DNA from: an uncultured Acidobacteriota bacterium
Lineage (GTDB): Bacteria > Acidobacteriota > UBA6911 > RPQK01
Length of the DNA: 64,000 nucleotides
Direction: 5' to 3'
NCBI GenBank assembly: GCA_963744645.1
Contig: CAVUUN010000014.1
Location: 450,110 to 514,109, forward strand
Of the stretch, positions 20,667-30,341 are shown piece by piece. The notes under the pieces were generated by a model, which had not been told where the DNA came from, did not search any database, and worked only from the letters and a program-made list of their open reading frames with translations. A program made the position numbers and the translations under genes. How positions within the stretch are numbered: the stretch's first letter is position 1; every line of letters begins with the position of its first letter.

Positions 20667-22143
20667 TTTGCAGGGGTTTGCCGGTTCTCTCGCTCAGCCG
20701 GGCGTAGTCTTCTTCAGCCACGAGCAGGTAAACGGGTCGAGGAGAACGGAGCTGCTTGACCGCCTCCTCCATTTCGTAGATCTCGAGAACCGGGCGGTTA
20801 AGGTAGTAGGCCAGGCTGGGCGCCGTGTACCGGAAGTAGCCCGCCTCGTACTCCCGGCCGATCCTTCGCTCGCACGCATCTCTCTCAATGCTCTCCGCCA
20901 AAGGGGCAACCGGCTTGTATTGTTCGAATTTCGGCAGGTAAACCCAGAGCCCGGCCGTGTAAAAACCGACCAGGAAGACAGCAGCCGGCAACACCTGGCG
21001 CATCGAAAGCAGCAAACCCGACGTTGCACAAAGAAGCGGGGGAAGTATCGCCAGTGCGGAGCTCCCGAAGATCTGGCGGGAGAAGAGAAAAAGCACGACC
21101 GCGGCTGCGAGGAGCAGAACACCTGATAGGGCGGCAGCCAGTCTGCCCGGTTTCTGCTCGCTCCAGTGGATCCCGAGCAGAAGAGCGGCCGCGGGATAAG
21201 CAGGCAGGATGTAGTATTCCTGCTTGTTCACCGAAAAAGAAAAGAAGATCACGTACCCGATCAGCCAGATCCACGACGGGGCGATCGCGAACCGCGCGGC
21301 TGTGGCAGGCCACGACCGGTTCCGGCTAAGCCACCAGGGGAGGGAAGCGACCGTGAACAAGGACCACGGCAGAAAATCACCGGCGAAGATTCCCAGGTAG
21401 TACAGCGGCCCTCTCGACGGTCCGTACGTCATGTAGCCGTAGCGGCCGAGGTTCTCGCGCAGAAAGAAGTCCAGGACCGGCTGCGGTCCCATCCAGATGG
21501 CGAGAGCCACGAACCAGGAAGAAGCGACGACCGCAAAACAAAGAATTCCCGGCAACCAGGGGGCGGCTCCCAGCAGCACCCAACGGCGGCGTAAGATCCC
21601 CGCAGCCAGGAGCAGGAGGACGGGTAACAATGCCACCGGTCCCTTGGCCAGGAACGCGAGCCCAAGGAAGAAGCACGCCGCAATGAAGTCCATGGTCGCC
21701 TGCCTCCCAGCCAGCGGATCAGGAACCAGACCGCCGCCAGAATGCAGAAGAGCATCAGGACATCGATGAGCAACCGCTTCGCGAGGATCTGAAACCGAAA
21801 CGTCGTGGTGAAGATCGCAGCGACAAGGAAGGCATACCGGTCGGGGATCAGAAATCGGGCTATGCCGTACAAAAACAGCACGCTCCCGTATGCGAGCAGG
21901 CCGAGCAGGAGCCTTTCCCAAAGGAGGGAAACGCCGAAGAGCTTGTAAGGTACCGCAACAATCCAATAGGAGAGCGGGGGCTTGTTCAGGCGCGGTTGGC
22001 CGTTGAAGTGGGGGACCACCCAGTCGCCCCGTTCCACCATCTCGCGCGGCGTCTGGACGTAGAATGCCTCGTTTGCATCCCAGACGGAGGAGTCCCGAAG
22101 GCTCGTGAAGAACGGAACGGCCAGCAGGAGCAGCAGCAGCCAC
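20518..22143 (-). CDS. GT-C family glycosyltransferase, ArnT/PMT-like (GT39/GT83 type)
   Basis: N-terminal motif ...RGDWVVPHFNGQPRLNKPPLSYW... and a ~13-TM profile are typical of ArnT/PMT lipid-linked sugar transferases. Confidence 0.8.
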   Translation of the reverse strand: MAAAAPAGRSVLHEPSGLLRLGCKRGILRPDAARDGGTGRLGGPPLQRPTAPEQAPALLLDCCGTLQALRRFPPLGKAPARPARIRERAVFVRHSPISDPRPVCLPCRCDLHHDVSVSDPREAVAHRCPDALLHSGGGLVPDPLAGRQATMDFIAACFFLGLAFLAKGPVALLPVLLLLAAGILRRRWVLLGAAPWLPGILCFAVVASSWFVALAIWMGPQPVLDFFLRENLGRYGYMTYGPSRGPLYYLGIFAGDFLPWSLFTVASLPWWLSRNRSWPATAARFAIAPSWIWLIGYVIFFSFSVNKQEYYILPAYPAAALLLGIHWSEQKPGRLAAALSGVLLLAAAVVLFLFSRQIFGSSALAILPPLLCATSGLLLSMRQVLPAAVFLVGFYTAGLWVYLPKFEQYKPVAPLAESIERDACERRIGREYEAGYFRYTAPSLAYYLNRPVLEIYEMEEAVKQLRSPRPVYLLVAEEDYARLSERTGKPLQIVDRRPKLYTTARIFLEGFKRGGNRNKRYPWIRSIYLITNQPTNKRDRT

Positions 22144-22177
22144 CTCGTTCTAGGTTTAAGGCTCCCCTCGGTTTGTC

Positions 22178-24674
22178 TCAGAATAGCCTCTTCTGCAATT
22201 CCTCCATGACGTCCGCGGAGCTTCGGGCGCGACTCTTGCCGGAGAGGTCCATGTCCTTGCGCTCGAGCTTGACCAGAATCTCACGGGCACGCTCGAGAAC
22301 CGGGGATGGCATCCCGGCGAGCCGAGCCACTTCGATCCCGTAACTCTTGTTTGCAACCCCGGGAAGCACTTTGTGGAAGAAGATGATCTGGCGGCCGGAT
22401 TCCCTGATCGTCACGCAGTAGTTCTTGACACAGGAATACAGGCGGTCGAGCTTGGTCAATTCCTGGTAATGAGTCGCAAAGAGCGTCCGCGCCTTCCTCT
22501 GCGTTTCGGTGACCAGGAACTCGGCCACCGACCAGGCCAGCGACAGGCCGTCAAAAGTAGCGGTGCCCCGGCCCACTTCATCGAGCAGGATCAGGCTTCG
22601 ACTGGTGGCCGTGTTGAGGATATTCGCGGTTTCAATCATCTCGACCATGAAGGTGGAACGTCCGCGGGCGAGATTATCGCTCGCGCCCACCCGCGTGTAA
22701 ACCCTGTCAACCAGCCCGATGCGCGCCTCGTCGGCCGGCACGAGAGACCCCATCTGCGCCATGATGACGATCAAGGCGTTCTGGCGCAGGTACGTACTTT
22801 TGCCCCCCATGTTCGGGCCGGTCAGGATCAGCATCTGGTCCGTGGAGGTGTTGCAGAACAGGTCGTTCGGGACAAACGGCTCACCCCCCTGCAGTTCCAC
22901 GACCGGGTGGCGCCCGCCGCGAATCTGGATCTCCTCGCTCGAATCGAGGATCGGCCGGGCATAGCGGTTCCGGCGGCCCACTTCCGCGAGCGCCAGGAGG
23001 ACGTCCACCCGGGCGAGGAAGTGCGCGACTGACTGGATGCGTGCCGCCTGGCCGCCGACCTCCCGCCGAATCTTCAGGAAGAGATCCTTTTCGATCTCCA
23101 GGATCCGTTCCTCGGCGTTCAGCACCTGGTCCTCGTACTCCTTGAGCTCCGGAGTGATGAAACGCTCGGCGCCCACCAGCGTCTGCTTCCGGATGTAATC
23201 CTCCGGCACGGCGTGCAAATGCGACTTCGTCACCTCAATGAAATAGCCGAAAACCTTGTTGTACCGGACCTTGAGGGAAGGTATCCCGGTTCGCTGCCGC
23301 TCCTTGCTCTCGAGCGAGGCAATAAATGACTTGCCCGATCCGGAGATCTTGCGGAGCCGGTCCAACTCCTCGTCGTATCCCGCGCCGGATCATCCCCCCG
23401 TCATTGAGTGTCACCGGGGCATCTTCGTCGATCGATTGCTGCAGCAGACTGACAACGTCGGTCAACAGGTCCAGGGGCGTGGACAGCAGGCTGCTTTTGC
23501 AGTCGGCCAGGTGCGTCTGCAGCTCGGGCAGGGAGGCCAGCGAGTCGCGCAGGGCCAGCAGGTCGCGTGCATTGGCCGTTTCGAGGACCACCCGGCTCAG
23601 CAGTCTCTCCACGTCATGGATCGCTTTGAGGACTTTGCCAATTCGGTCCATTCGCACCAGCGAGCCCTTCAGCTCTTCAATGGAATCCAGCCGCTCGTTG
23701 ATCACCCGCACGTCCAGACTCGGTCGCAAAAGCCAGCTGCGCAGAAGCCGGGCACCCATGCCCGTCTTCGTCGAGTCGAGGACGGACAGCAGCGTCCACT
23801 GTCGGGAACCGTCGTTTGTCTTCAGGAGCTCCAGGTTGCGGACGGTCGCCTCATCGAGCTTCATGTAGTTGGACAACTCGAACAGCCTGACGGTCAGCAC
23901 GTGGCCCAGCTGCGAGCGCTGGGTCTGCTTGACGTAGTTCATGAGGGCGCCGGCCGCGCCGATGCCTGCCTGCTGCCCGTCCAGCCCGAATCCTTCCAGC
24001 GTGGAGACCTTGAAGTGGTCCAGGAGCAACCGCTGCGAGTAGTCGAGATTGAAGCTCCAATCCGGCTGGCCGGTCAGGACCGTGTTGGCGCGGAGGTCGG
24101 CCGGGTACCAGCCTTCAAAAGCCGTGCGATCACCGTCTGCCACGACGAGCTCGCGGGGATTGAAATGTGAAAGGACCTGGAGCATCTGCTCGCGGGCCTG
24201 GTCCCCAGCGAGCTCCGTGATCCAGAATTCTCCGGTCGAAACGTCCAGGAAGGAGGCGCCAACACGCTCGCTGCTCTCCAGAATGGCGCCGATGAAGTTG
24301 TTTTCCCGGGATTCGAGGAGGGCGTCTTCGACTGCCGTTCCCGGCGTCACGATCCGGGTGATCTCGCGGCGAACCAGTCCTTTCGCCTGTTTCGGGTCCT
24401 CCACCTGTTCGCAGATGGCGACCCGGTGTCCCTTCTTGATCAGTTTGCTCAGGTAGCCGTTGACGGCGTGGTAGGGCACCCCGCACATGGGGATCGGTTT
24501 ACCGCTTCGGTCCGCGTGCCGGGAGGTGAGGGTGATCTCAAGCTCCCGACTACCCGTCACGGCATCCTCGAAGAACATCTCGTAGAAGTCGCCCAGTCGG
24601 AACAACAGCAGGACATCCGGATTCTCGCGTTTGATCTCATGGTACTGCCGCATCATCGGCGTCAGGTTGTCCAT
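22178..24674 (-). pseudogene. mutS: DNA mismatch repair protein MutS, split by a +1 frameshift into an N-terminal part (23235-24674) and a C-terminal part (22178-23365)
   Basis: The N-terminal ORF carries mismatch-binding and connector domains. The C-terminal ORF carries the clamp and ATPase (GPNMGGKST). The frames diverge after DGGMIR, where GYDEELDRL continues in the +1 frame, next to a GGG run at ~23378-23380 (coding strand). Confidence 0.85.
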
Positions 24675-24698
24675 CCGGGTACTTTAGCAAAAAGCGAA

Positions 24699-24780
24699 TT
24701 TCGGGGACATAATACTTAATTCCCTCCCCGTTACTGAGCGGTCTCCGTTGGCAAAGGAATTAAGTTTTGTGTCCCCGAAA
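24699..24780. repeat. MITE-like element copy 3, in the mutS upstream region
   Basis: Termini identical to the copies at 30-110 and 37858-37939. Confidence 0.8.
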
Positions 24781-24783
24781 TTC

Positions 24784-24811
24784 GAGACAAGGAGACAGGG
24801 AGACGAAGGAG
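24784..24811. repeat. heptamer array GGAGACA-type (purine strand)
   Basis: gagacaa ggagaca gggagac gaaggag. This is the reverse complement of the unit in the 36566-36665 array. Confidence 0.7.
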
Positions 24812-24955
24812 CCATAGACCGGAGGGCGACGAGGAGGCGGGGAGAAGGAGTCCGACGATGTTCCGGATTCCGGGTGACGCTCCTTTTTGATTTCGCTTGC
24901 CGGGGAGCTCCGACATGCGGATGTTGGACAGGGGGAAAGCGGCGCCGCCGAGTCG

Positions 24956-25190
24956 TGTCAGAGCCGCGCGAGCGCTTTCCAGCGAAGCAAGCGGTTTCGA
25001 GTCCGGTCAGAGCCGCGCGCGAGCGCTCTTCCAGCGAAGCAAGCGGGTTCGAACAGAAAGCTGAACGCGCGAAAAATCGGACGAAGAAGCGTACCGGCGA
25101 TTAATGGAAGGTTGAGCTCGGGGCAGGCGATCTGCTTTCTGTACCGACCCGCTTGCTTCGCTGGAAAGCGCTCGCGCGCGGCTCTGACAG
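24956..25190. repeat. complex repeat: 36-bp unit (CAGAGCCGCGCGAGCGCTTTCCAGCGAAGCAAGCGG) twice direct and once inverted
   Basis: Copies at 24956-24994, 25009-25047 and inverted at 25148-25190, read directly. Track ORFs here are spurious. Confidence 0.75.
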
Positions 25191-25219
25191 CGACTCGCCC
25201 GCCCCCCGCTTCGGTCAAG

Positions 25220-26530
25220 TCACTTCAAATCGGGAGTGGGAGACCGTCCCAGCGGCAGGCTGGCCGAGACGACGCCCCGGATGGTGCGGACGATGGTCCC
25301 CACCAGCGTCTGGTCGCTGACAATTTCCACGGTCCCTTCGGCGCTTTTACCCGAGAACTCTGACACGAGCTCGTCGATAAAAGAGGCCCTCTGCTCCCCC
25401 GGGGCCAGGACCACCTCCACCGTATGCTTCTTGAACAGGGGGAGGTAGAACGTGATGGAGACTTTCGCCTCATGATCAGAGACATTGGCCAGCGCCAGCG
25501 CGGTGTTGGTCTCCTCGGCCAGGTTTTTTTGAAAGATTCCGAAGAAGCGGTAGCCGGGTATCGCGCCCTGGATGCCCGTCTCCGAGACCGGTTTGCCCTC
25601 GGAGTCAAGGATGCGGTAGACGGCGGCGAGCTCCACCGGATAGTTCGAGGCGACACAGGCGTAGCCGCGGTCCAATTCAGAGACCGAGCCCGTGGTGCGG
25701 ACAATCTTCGACTGGACGTCTTCAAGCACGGAGTCGAAATGAGCGCCCTGTTGTCCGTCGAGGATGACGGGCAAGGGCGCGCCGGACGGGTCCCGAAACT
25801 CGAGCGAGAGCATGGCCACAGCATGGAGCGGCCACGAGTATCGGTTGGGTATGGCCGAACTGGTCATGCTCAGTTGGGTCTGAAGTGTCCTTTCTCCTTC
25901 GGCAAGCCGGCCGTGCGCGGCTTGGGCCACACATCGGCGAAAAGCAGGTGGATTAGTGAAACTGGCGTGGATCAGGAAGAGTGCCTCCGGCTCGTGAGCG
26001 TCTGAATACTCCACCTCAACACGGCTGATTGCGCGGCCTTCAAGGTCTTGCAGCAGAACCGGATTGAGTAGCGTATACCCCGGCAACAGACTAGTCGCCT
26101 CCTCTCCCAGCAGAACTCCATCCGAATTGAACAATCTTTCGGTAGCGGTGACTGCTGTGCTTGCAGCCAAGTGGAGTGAAAGTTGCCGGACGGGCTGGCT
26201 GAAATGAATGACGAGCGGTCCCGCGTCTTCCCCGTCCGGCGCGTCATTGAGAATGGCTGGAGCGTCTGTTTGGGGGCCCTCAGGCCAAACAAACACACTT
26301 CGGCTCCCGCTGATCGGTGTTTGCTCGGAGCGGTTGTCCAGCGTAATGCCCCAGTCGCCGAAGACCTGGCTGACATCTGAACCGGCAGGAAGCGGCGGGG
26401 GTACGAGCATCACCGCCTGCTCTGCAGACGGGTCGTGTTGTGAGAAGACTGCGGAGGCCGCAATTGTACCCGCTGCGGCCAGCAGGAAGCAGATCACAAA
26501 CCTCATCGCGGGTGTTGTCACTTTGCGCAT
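25220..26530 (-). CDS. hypothetical exported protein (signal peptide), no recognisable domain
   Basis: 436-aa ORF with an N-terminal hydrophobic signal (MRFVICFLLAAAGTIAASA). No family recognised by eye. Confidence 0.5.
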   Translation of the reverse strand: MRKVTTPAMRFVICFLLAAAGTIAASAVFSQHDPSAEQAVMLVPPPLPAGSDVSQVFGDWGITLDNRSEQTPISGSRSVFVWPEGPQTDAPAILNDAPDGEDAGPLVIHFSQPVRQLSLHLAASTAVTATERLFNSDGVLLGEEATSLLPGYTLLNPVLLQDLEGRAISRVEVEYSDAHEPEALFLIHASFTNPPAFRRCVAQAAHGRLAEGERTLQTQLSMTSSAIPNRYSWPLHAVAMLSLEFRDPSGAPLPVILDGQQGAHFDSVLEDVQSKIVRTTGSVSELDRGYACVASNYPVELAAVYRILDSEGKPVSETGIQGAIPGYRFFGIFQKNLAEETNTALALANVSDHEAKVSITFYLPLFKKHTVEVVLAPGEQRASFIDELVSEFSGKSAEGTVEIVSDQTLVGTIVRTIRGVVSASLPLGRSPTPDLK

Positions 26531-26960
26531 TCATCCTCCTGTCAAAGAGTGGTGCACCCTTGTCCCGCCTTTTGAAAAAGGGCAGTAAAGGTTGGGAAAA
26601 CCAGCCGGCTTACCTGACTGTCAACCGAAGTCATCGAAGACGTGAGTACTCGAACTTTCTGCCCCTCAGGATTGTAGCCGCATTGGCTCGATACGGTTCG
26701 TTCTCGTTACCAGTTGGCTGCGCTCTCAAAGTACACAGAAAAGCTTAGTTCTGCATAATGTTTTTGGTTATTCCAAAAAATCACCGGCAAACGCGGAAGG
26801 GATACGAACGAGCTCATGCATTTGCAGAGAGAACCGAAATAGCGGCGAATAATGGGAACAGTGTGGAATAGTGACGACAGTGATCTTGGCGGCGCCATTA
26901 GCGTTCGCGAGATCGGGCCTTGGTGGTGCATCGCGGTGCAGAATGGTGTAAGATGAGGGC

Positions 26961-27218
26961 ATGCCAAAATCAGAGAAGGTCGTTCGTCAGAGCGTATCCC
27001 TGCCACCCCGCATCGCGAGAGACGTGCGCACCATTGCGCGAACTCGGAATACGAGCGCCAACCGAGTTCTGGTGGAGTTGATCGAAACGGGGCTTCAATG
27101 CAGGGAGGCCGAAAAACAGCGCTTCTTTGGTCTTGCCGATCGACTCGGGCAGACAACCGATCCAAACGAGCGGCAGCGCATTAAAGAAGAACTCGCGCGC
27201 ATGACCTTCGGTGACTGA
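26961..27218 (+). CDS. ribbon-helix-helix (CopG/Arc-like) DNA-binding protein
   Basis: RHH pattern VSLPPRIARDVRTIARTRNTSANRVLVELIETGL. Sits downstream of an AT-rich patch (26700-26960). Confidence 0.55.
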   Translation: MPKSEKVVRQSVSLPPRIARDVRTIARTRNTSANRVLVELIETGLQCREAEKQRFFGLADRLGQTTDPNERQRIKEELARMTFGD

Positions 27219-27370
27219 TGCCCAAGATCCAATGGATCGGTCTTCCCCCTGCTCTTCGCCAGCACCTCTTCGACCGACTGGAGGAACGGCAGATATCGAT
27301 CGAGGACCTGTACAAGCTGAAAGTCTGGAGGGAATCGGAACCTGAGGCACCGGATGGGCCCTTGGTATAA
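27218..27370 (+). CDS. 50-aa ORF translationally coupled (ATGA overlap) to the RHH gene
   Basis: MPKIQWIGLPPALRQHLFDRLEERQISIEDLYKLKVWRESEPEAPDGPLV. Missing from the ORF track because it is under 60 aa. Translated by hand. Confidence 0.3.
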   Translation: MPKIQWIGLPPALRQHLFDRLEERQISIEDLYKLKVWRESEPEAPDGPLV

Positions 27371-27620
27371 GGACTTTGGTTCCTTCAAGATCTGCGGCGA
27401 GGGCAAATTCCCCAAGACCTTTCTGCTGAAAGGGCAAGCAGCGAAAGGAACGCCTCTTTGAGGCTGTGGAGTACTGACCAAGGCTCATATCAATCCTAAG
27501 CCAGTCGATACCGCGACCAGTGGCGGCGGGGCTTGCTCTCGGTCGGAACATGCCAGGGCGCAACACGAATAACCCGAGACAACGAGAGAAGCTGCCTGGA
27601 CACTCGCAAGTCCGGGTACA

Positions 27621-28928
27621 ATGTGCGGCGGAAAACCTGGAATGAGCATTTTCGCCACGCTGACCGCCCTTGGTGGAGCCACGCTTTGCTACGGACGGTT
27701 TTTAAGATCGCAGTTCTGGACCGACCAGGCCCGGGCCAGTTACGTCGAGCGGATGCTTGATCGAACGCTGCGCGATGCTGCCCGCATCCCTTTCTACCGG
27801 GACCGCCTCCGCAGCTGCCAGCCCGGGAATCTCCACGAAGCGCCGATCCTGGCTCGCAGCGACTTGCCGCTCCTTAACAACGAGGTGCGTCGGATGCACC
27901 CTGGCAGACGCCTCCAGGCCGCTCGATCATCCGGTTCGACCGGCATGCCGGTTGAAGTCCTTTTCGACACCCCGCACCAGGTTCACCGTTTTGCCGCCCG
28001 CGCGAGGTACCTTCGCGCGAATGGCTGGAGCCCGCTGAAGAAAAGTGCCTGGATCATCTCCCTGCCCGGGGCGACCCCCGACGGTCAGCTGGTCCGGGCG
28101 TTTCGATCCGTCGGCGTCGGCTTTCTCTCTGTCTTCACGCCGCTTGAAGAGCAACTCGCGTGGCTGCGTCGTTTTCGGCCCGAATACCTCTATACGTACC
28201 CATCTAACCTCGGCGGCCTGCTCGACCTTCTGGAGGAAGAGGGTGGGGAAGCACTCGGTCTGAAAGGATTGTTCTCCGGCGGCGAAATCCTGGACGATGC
28301 AACCCGGAAGCGCGCCCGGGAGATCCTCGGTATCCCGGTCGCCGACAACTACGGGACAACCGAGGTTTTCATCGCGTGGCAGTGCCCTGCCGGCGGCTAC
28401 CATATCAACAGCGAACATGTTCATGTGGAGGTCGTCGATCAGACGGGTCAGCCGGCCCGGGTCGGCGAGGTCGGGCGGGTCCTGGTGACTACCCTCAACA
28501 ACCGGCTGATGCCCCTGGTCCGTTACGAAATCGGGGACTATGCGCAGGTAACGGCTGAACGCTGCCCCTGCGGCCGCACCTTGCCCCTGCTGGGACGTGT
28601 TGTCGGCCGCAGCATAAACCTGTTTCGGTTGCCCTCGGGGCGCGTCATCACTCCCTGGGAACTGGTCGTCCGAATCAAATTCATGCCGGAGTTGAAGCAG
28701 TTTCAGGTTGTCCAGAAAGCCCTTGACCGATGCCTGCTTCGTTATGTATCAAACACCGGTCTGCTGAGTGCGCACAATCGATCGAGCATTGAGCGTGGCT
28801 TCGCGGATGTGCTGGGCCCCGAAGTACGGGTCGATTTCGAACGAGTTGAAAGGATCGAGAGAGCAGCGTCGGGGAAGTTCATGACGGCGTTCTCGGAAGT
28901 GAGCCGCGAGCCGTCCGAAACGCGGTGA
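27621..28928 (+). CDS. PaaK/CapK/F390-synthetase-family adenylate-forming enzyme (copy 1)
   Basis: SSGSTG adenylation motif and PaaK-like length and fold. The ATG at 27642 (MSIFATL) is an alternative start. Confidence 0.75.
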   Translation: MCGGKPGMSIFATLTALGGATLCYGRFLRSQFWTDQARASYVERMLDRTLRDAARIPFYRDRLRSCQPGNLHEAPILARSDLPLLNNEVRRMHPGRRLQAARSSGSTGMPVEVLFDTPHQVHRFAARARYLRANGWSPLKKSAWIISLPGATPDGQLVRAFRSVGVGFLSVFTPLEEQLAWLRRFRPEYLYTYPSNLGGLLDLLEEEGGEALGLKGLFSGGEILDDATRKRAREILGIPVADNYGTTEVFIAWQCPAGGYHINSEHVHVEVVDQTGQPARVGEVGRVLVTTLNNRLMPLVRYEIGDYAQVTAERCPCGRTLPLLGRVVGRSINLFRLPSGRVITPWELVVRIKFMPELKQFQVVQKALDRCLLRYVSNTGLLSAHNRSSIERGFADVLGPEVRVDFERVERIERAASGKFMTAFSEVSREPSETR

Positions 28929-30340
28929 CGGTCCCCGCCTGCGCTGGTCTCGAATTTGGGTCCGTTATGAGTGAACCGATTATTGAGAAAGCCAAGCCAG
29001 GGGATCTCGAGGCCATCCTTGAAGTGATGAAACCCTGGAACATGCATCATGTTCCCTCTCCCGAGATGGAGGAACTGGATCTCGAATGCTTTTATGTAGC
29101 CAGGATCGAAGGGCGAATCGTGGGCGCTTCCGGCTACAAGGTGCTCTCCCAGACGCGAGGGAAGACAACCCTACTGGGTGTCCTGCCCGAGCACTGCAAG
29201 GGCGGGCTCGGACGCCTGCTCCAGGATGTCCGCCTGGAGGCAATGCACCGAATCGGAGTCAAGAAGGTCATCACCAACGCCGATCGCGCGGAGACGATCG
29301 AATGGTACAAAAGGCGGTATGGTTACCGAGAGGTTGGCACGCTTCGCAAAGTGAGCTCCTTCGGTGACCCAGCCGCCGATCATTGGACGACGCTCGAACT
29401 GGACCTCGAGGCGTACTTCCGGAATATAGATCGCCGGCAAAGCGCAACCGAGTACGTCGCCCGCAACGAGCCGCATCCCCTCGCCCCTTACCCGCCGCTC
29501 GTGATCAATGTCTGTCTGACCGGCATGGTGCCGGAGAAAGCCACTGCGCCTTTTGTGCCGCTCCAGGTAGAAGAGATCGTGGGGGACGCGGTTCGAGTCT
29601 TTGATGCGGGCGCGAGAGTTGTCCACGTTCATGCCCGTGACGAGGCGGGCGCCCCCACCTGGGATGCGCGAATCTACGAACGAATTCTGACCGGCATCCG
29701 GCGGGAGCGGCCGGAGCTCGTCTGCTGCGTCTCGACCTCCGGGCGTTTGTGGTCGGATTTCGAGCGAAGGTCGGAAGTCCTGGATCTCACCGGCGCTGCC
29801 AAGCCCGACTTTGCCAGCCTGACACTCGGTTCCTTGAACTTCATGACCGGCCCAAGCGTGAGCTCCCCGGAAATGATTGAGCGGCTGGCCGAGAGGATGA
29901 AGGAAAGGCAGATCCTGCCGGAGTTGGAGGTGTTCGACCTGGGCATGATCGGAATAGCGAAATACCTGGAAAGGAAAGGTCTCATCGGCGGCCGGAAGTC
30001 TTTTAACCTGTTGCTCGGCAGTCTTGGAAGCGTTCCTGCCACGATTGGAAATCTGGCCGCCCTGGTTGCGGCGCTTCCGGATGACTCCTTCTGGTCGGCC
30101 GCGGGTATCGGCGTCTTTCAGCTGCCCATGAATGTCGCCGGCCTCATTGCAGGTGGTGGCGTGAGGATCGGGATCGAAGACGCACTCCACTACGATTACG
30201 CTCGGAAAAAGCCCGCCTCCAACCTCGACCTGGTGTGTCGAATGGTGCGTATCGCCTCCGAAGTTCAGCGGTCGATTGCGACACCTGAAGAGGCCCGAAG
30301 TCTTCTCGGCCTGGGCCGGCAACCGACGGTCGGAAGGTGA
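28925..30340 (+). CDS. fusion protein: N-terminal GNAT acetyltransferase domain plus C-terminal BKACE/DUF849 (3-keto-5-aminohexanoate-cleavage-enzyme-like) domain
   Basis: Residues ~15-165 read as GNAT (...RIVGASGYKV...GLGRLLQ...). Residues ~185-471 match the TIM-barrel BKACE family (PLVINVCLTGMVPEK...VHVHARD...LPELEVFDLGMIG...IGIEDALHYDYARK). The start overlaps the upstream stop. Confidence 0.6.
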   Translation: MTVPACAGLEFGSVMSEPIIEKAKPGDLEAILEVMKPWNMHHVPSPEMEELDLECFYVARIEGRIVGASGYKVLSQTRGKTTLLGVLPEHCKGGLGRLLQDVRLEAMHRIGVKKVITNADRAETIEWYKRRYGYREVGTLRKVSSFGDPAADHWTTLELDLEAYFRNIDRRQSATEYVARNEPHPLAPYPPLVINVCLTGMVPEKATAPFVPLQVEEIVGDAVRVFDAGARVVHVHARDEAGAPTWDARIYERILTGIRRERPELVCCVSTSGRLWSDFERRSEVLDLTGAAKPDFASLTLGSLNFMTGPSVSSPEMIERLAERMKERQILPELEVFDLGMIGIAKYLERKGLIGGRKSFNLLLGSLGSVPATIGNLAALVAALPDDSFWSAAGIGVFQLPMNVAGLIAGGGVRIGIEDALHYDYARKKPASNLDLVCRMVRIASEVQRSIATPEEARSLLGLGRQPTVGR

Positions 30341-30341
30341 G

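Noticed and set aside
24675-27620. Prophage or integrative element hallmarks (integrase, transposase, recombinase, att sites) at the edges of the accessory-like segment
   Set aside because: None of the ORFs in or around 24.7-36.7 kb resembles an integrase or transposase, and no tRNA gene is present. Only repeats mark the boundaries, so mobility remains an inference.
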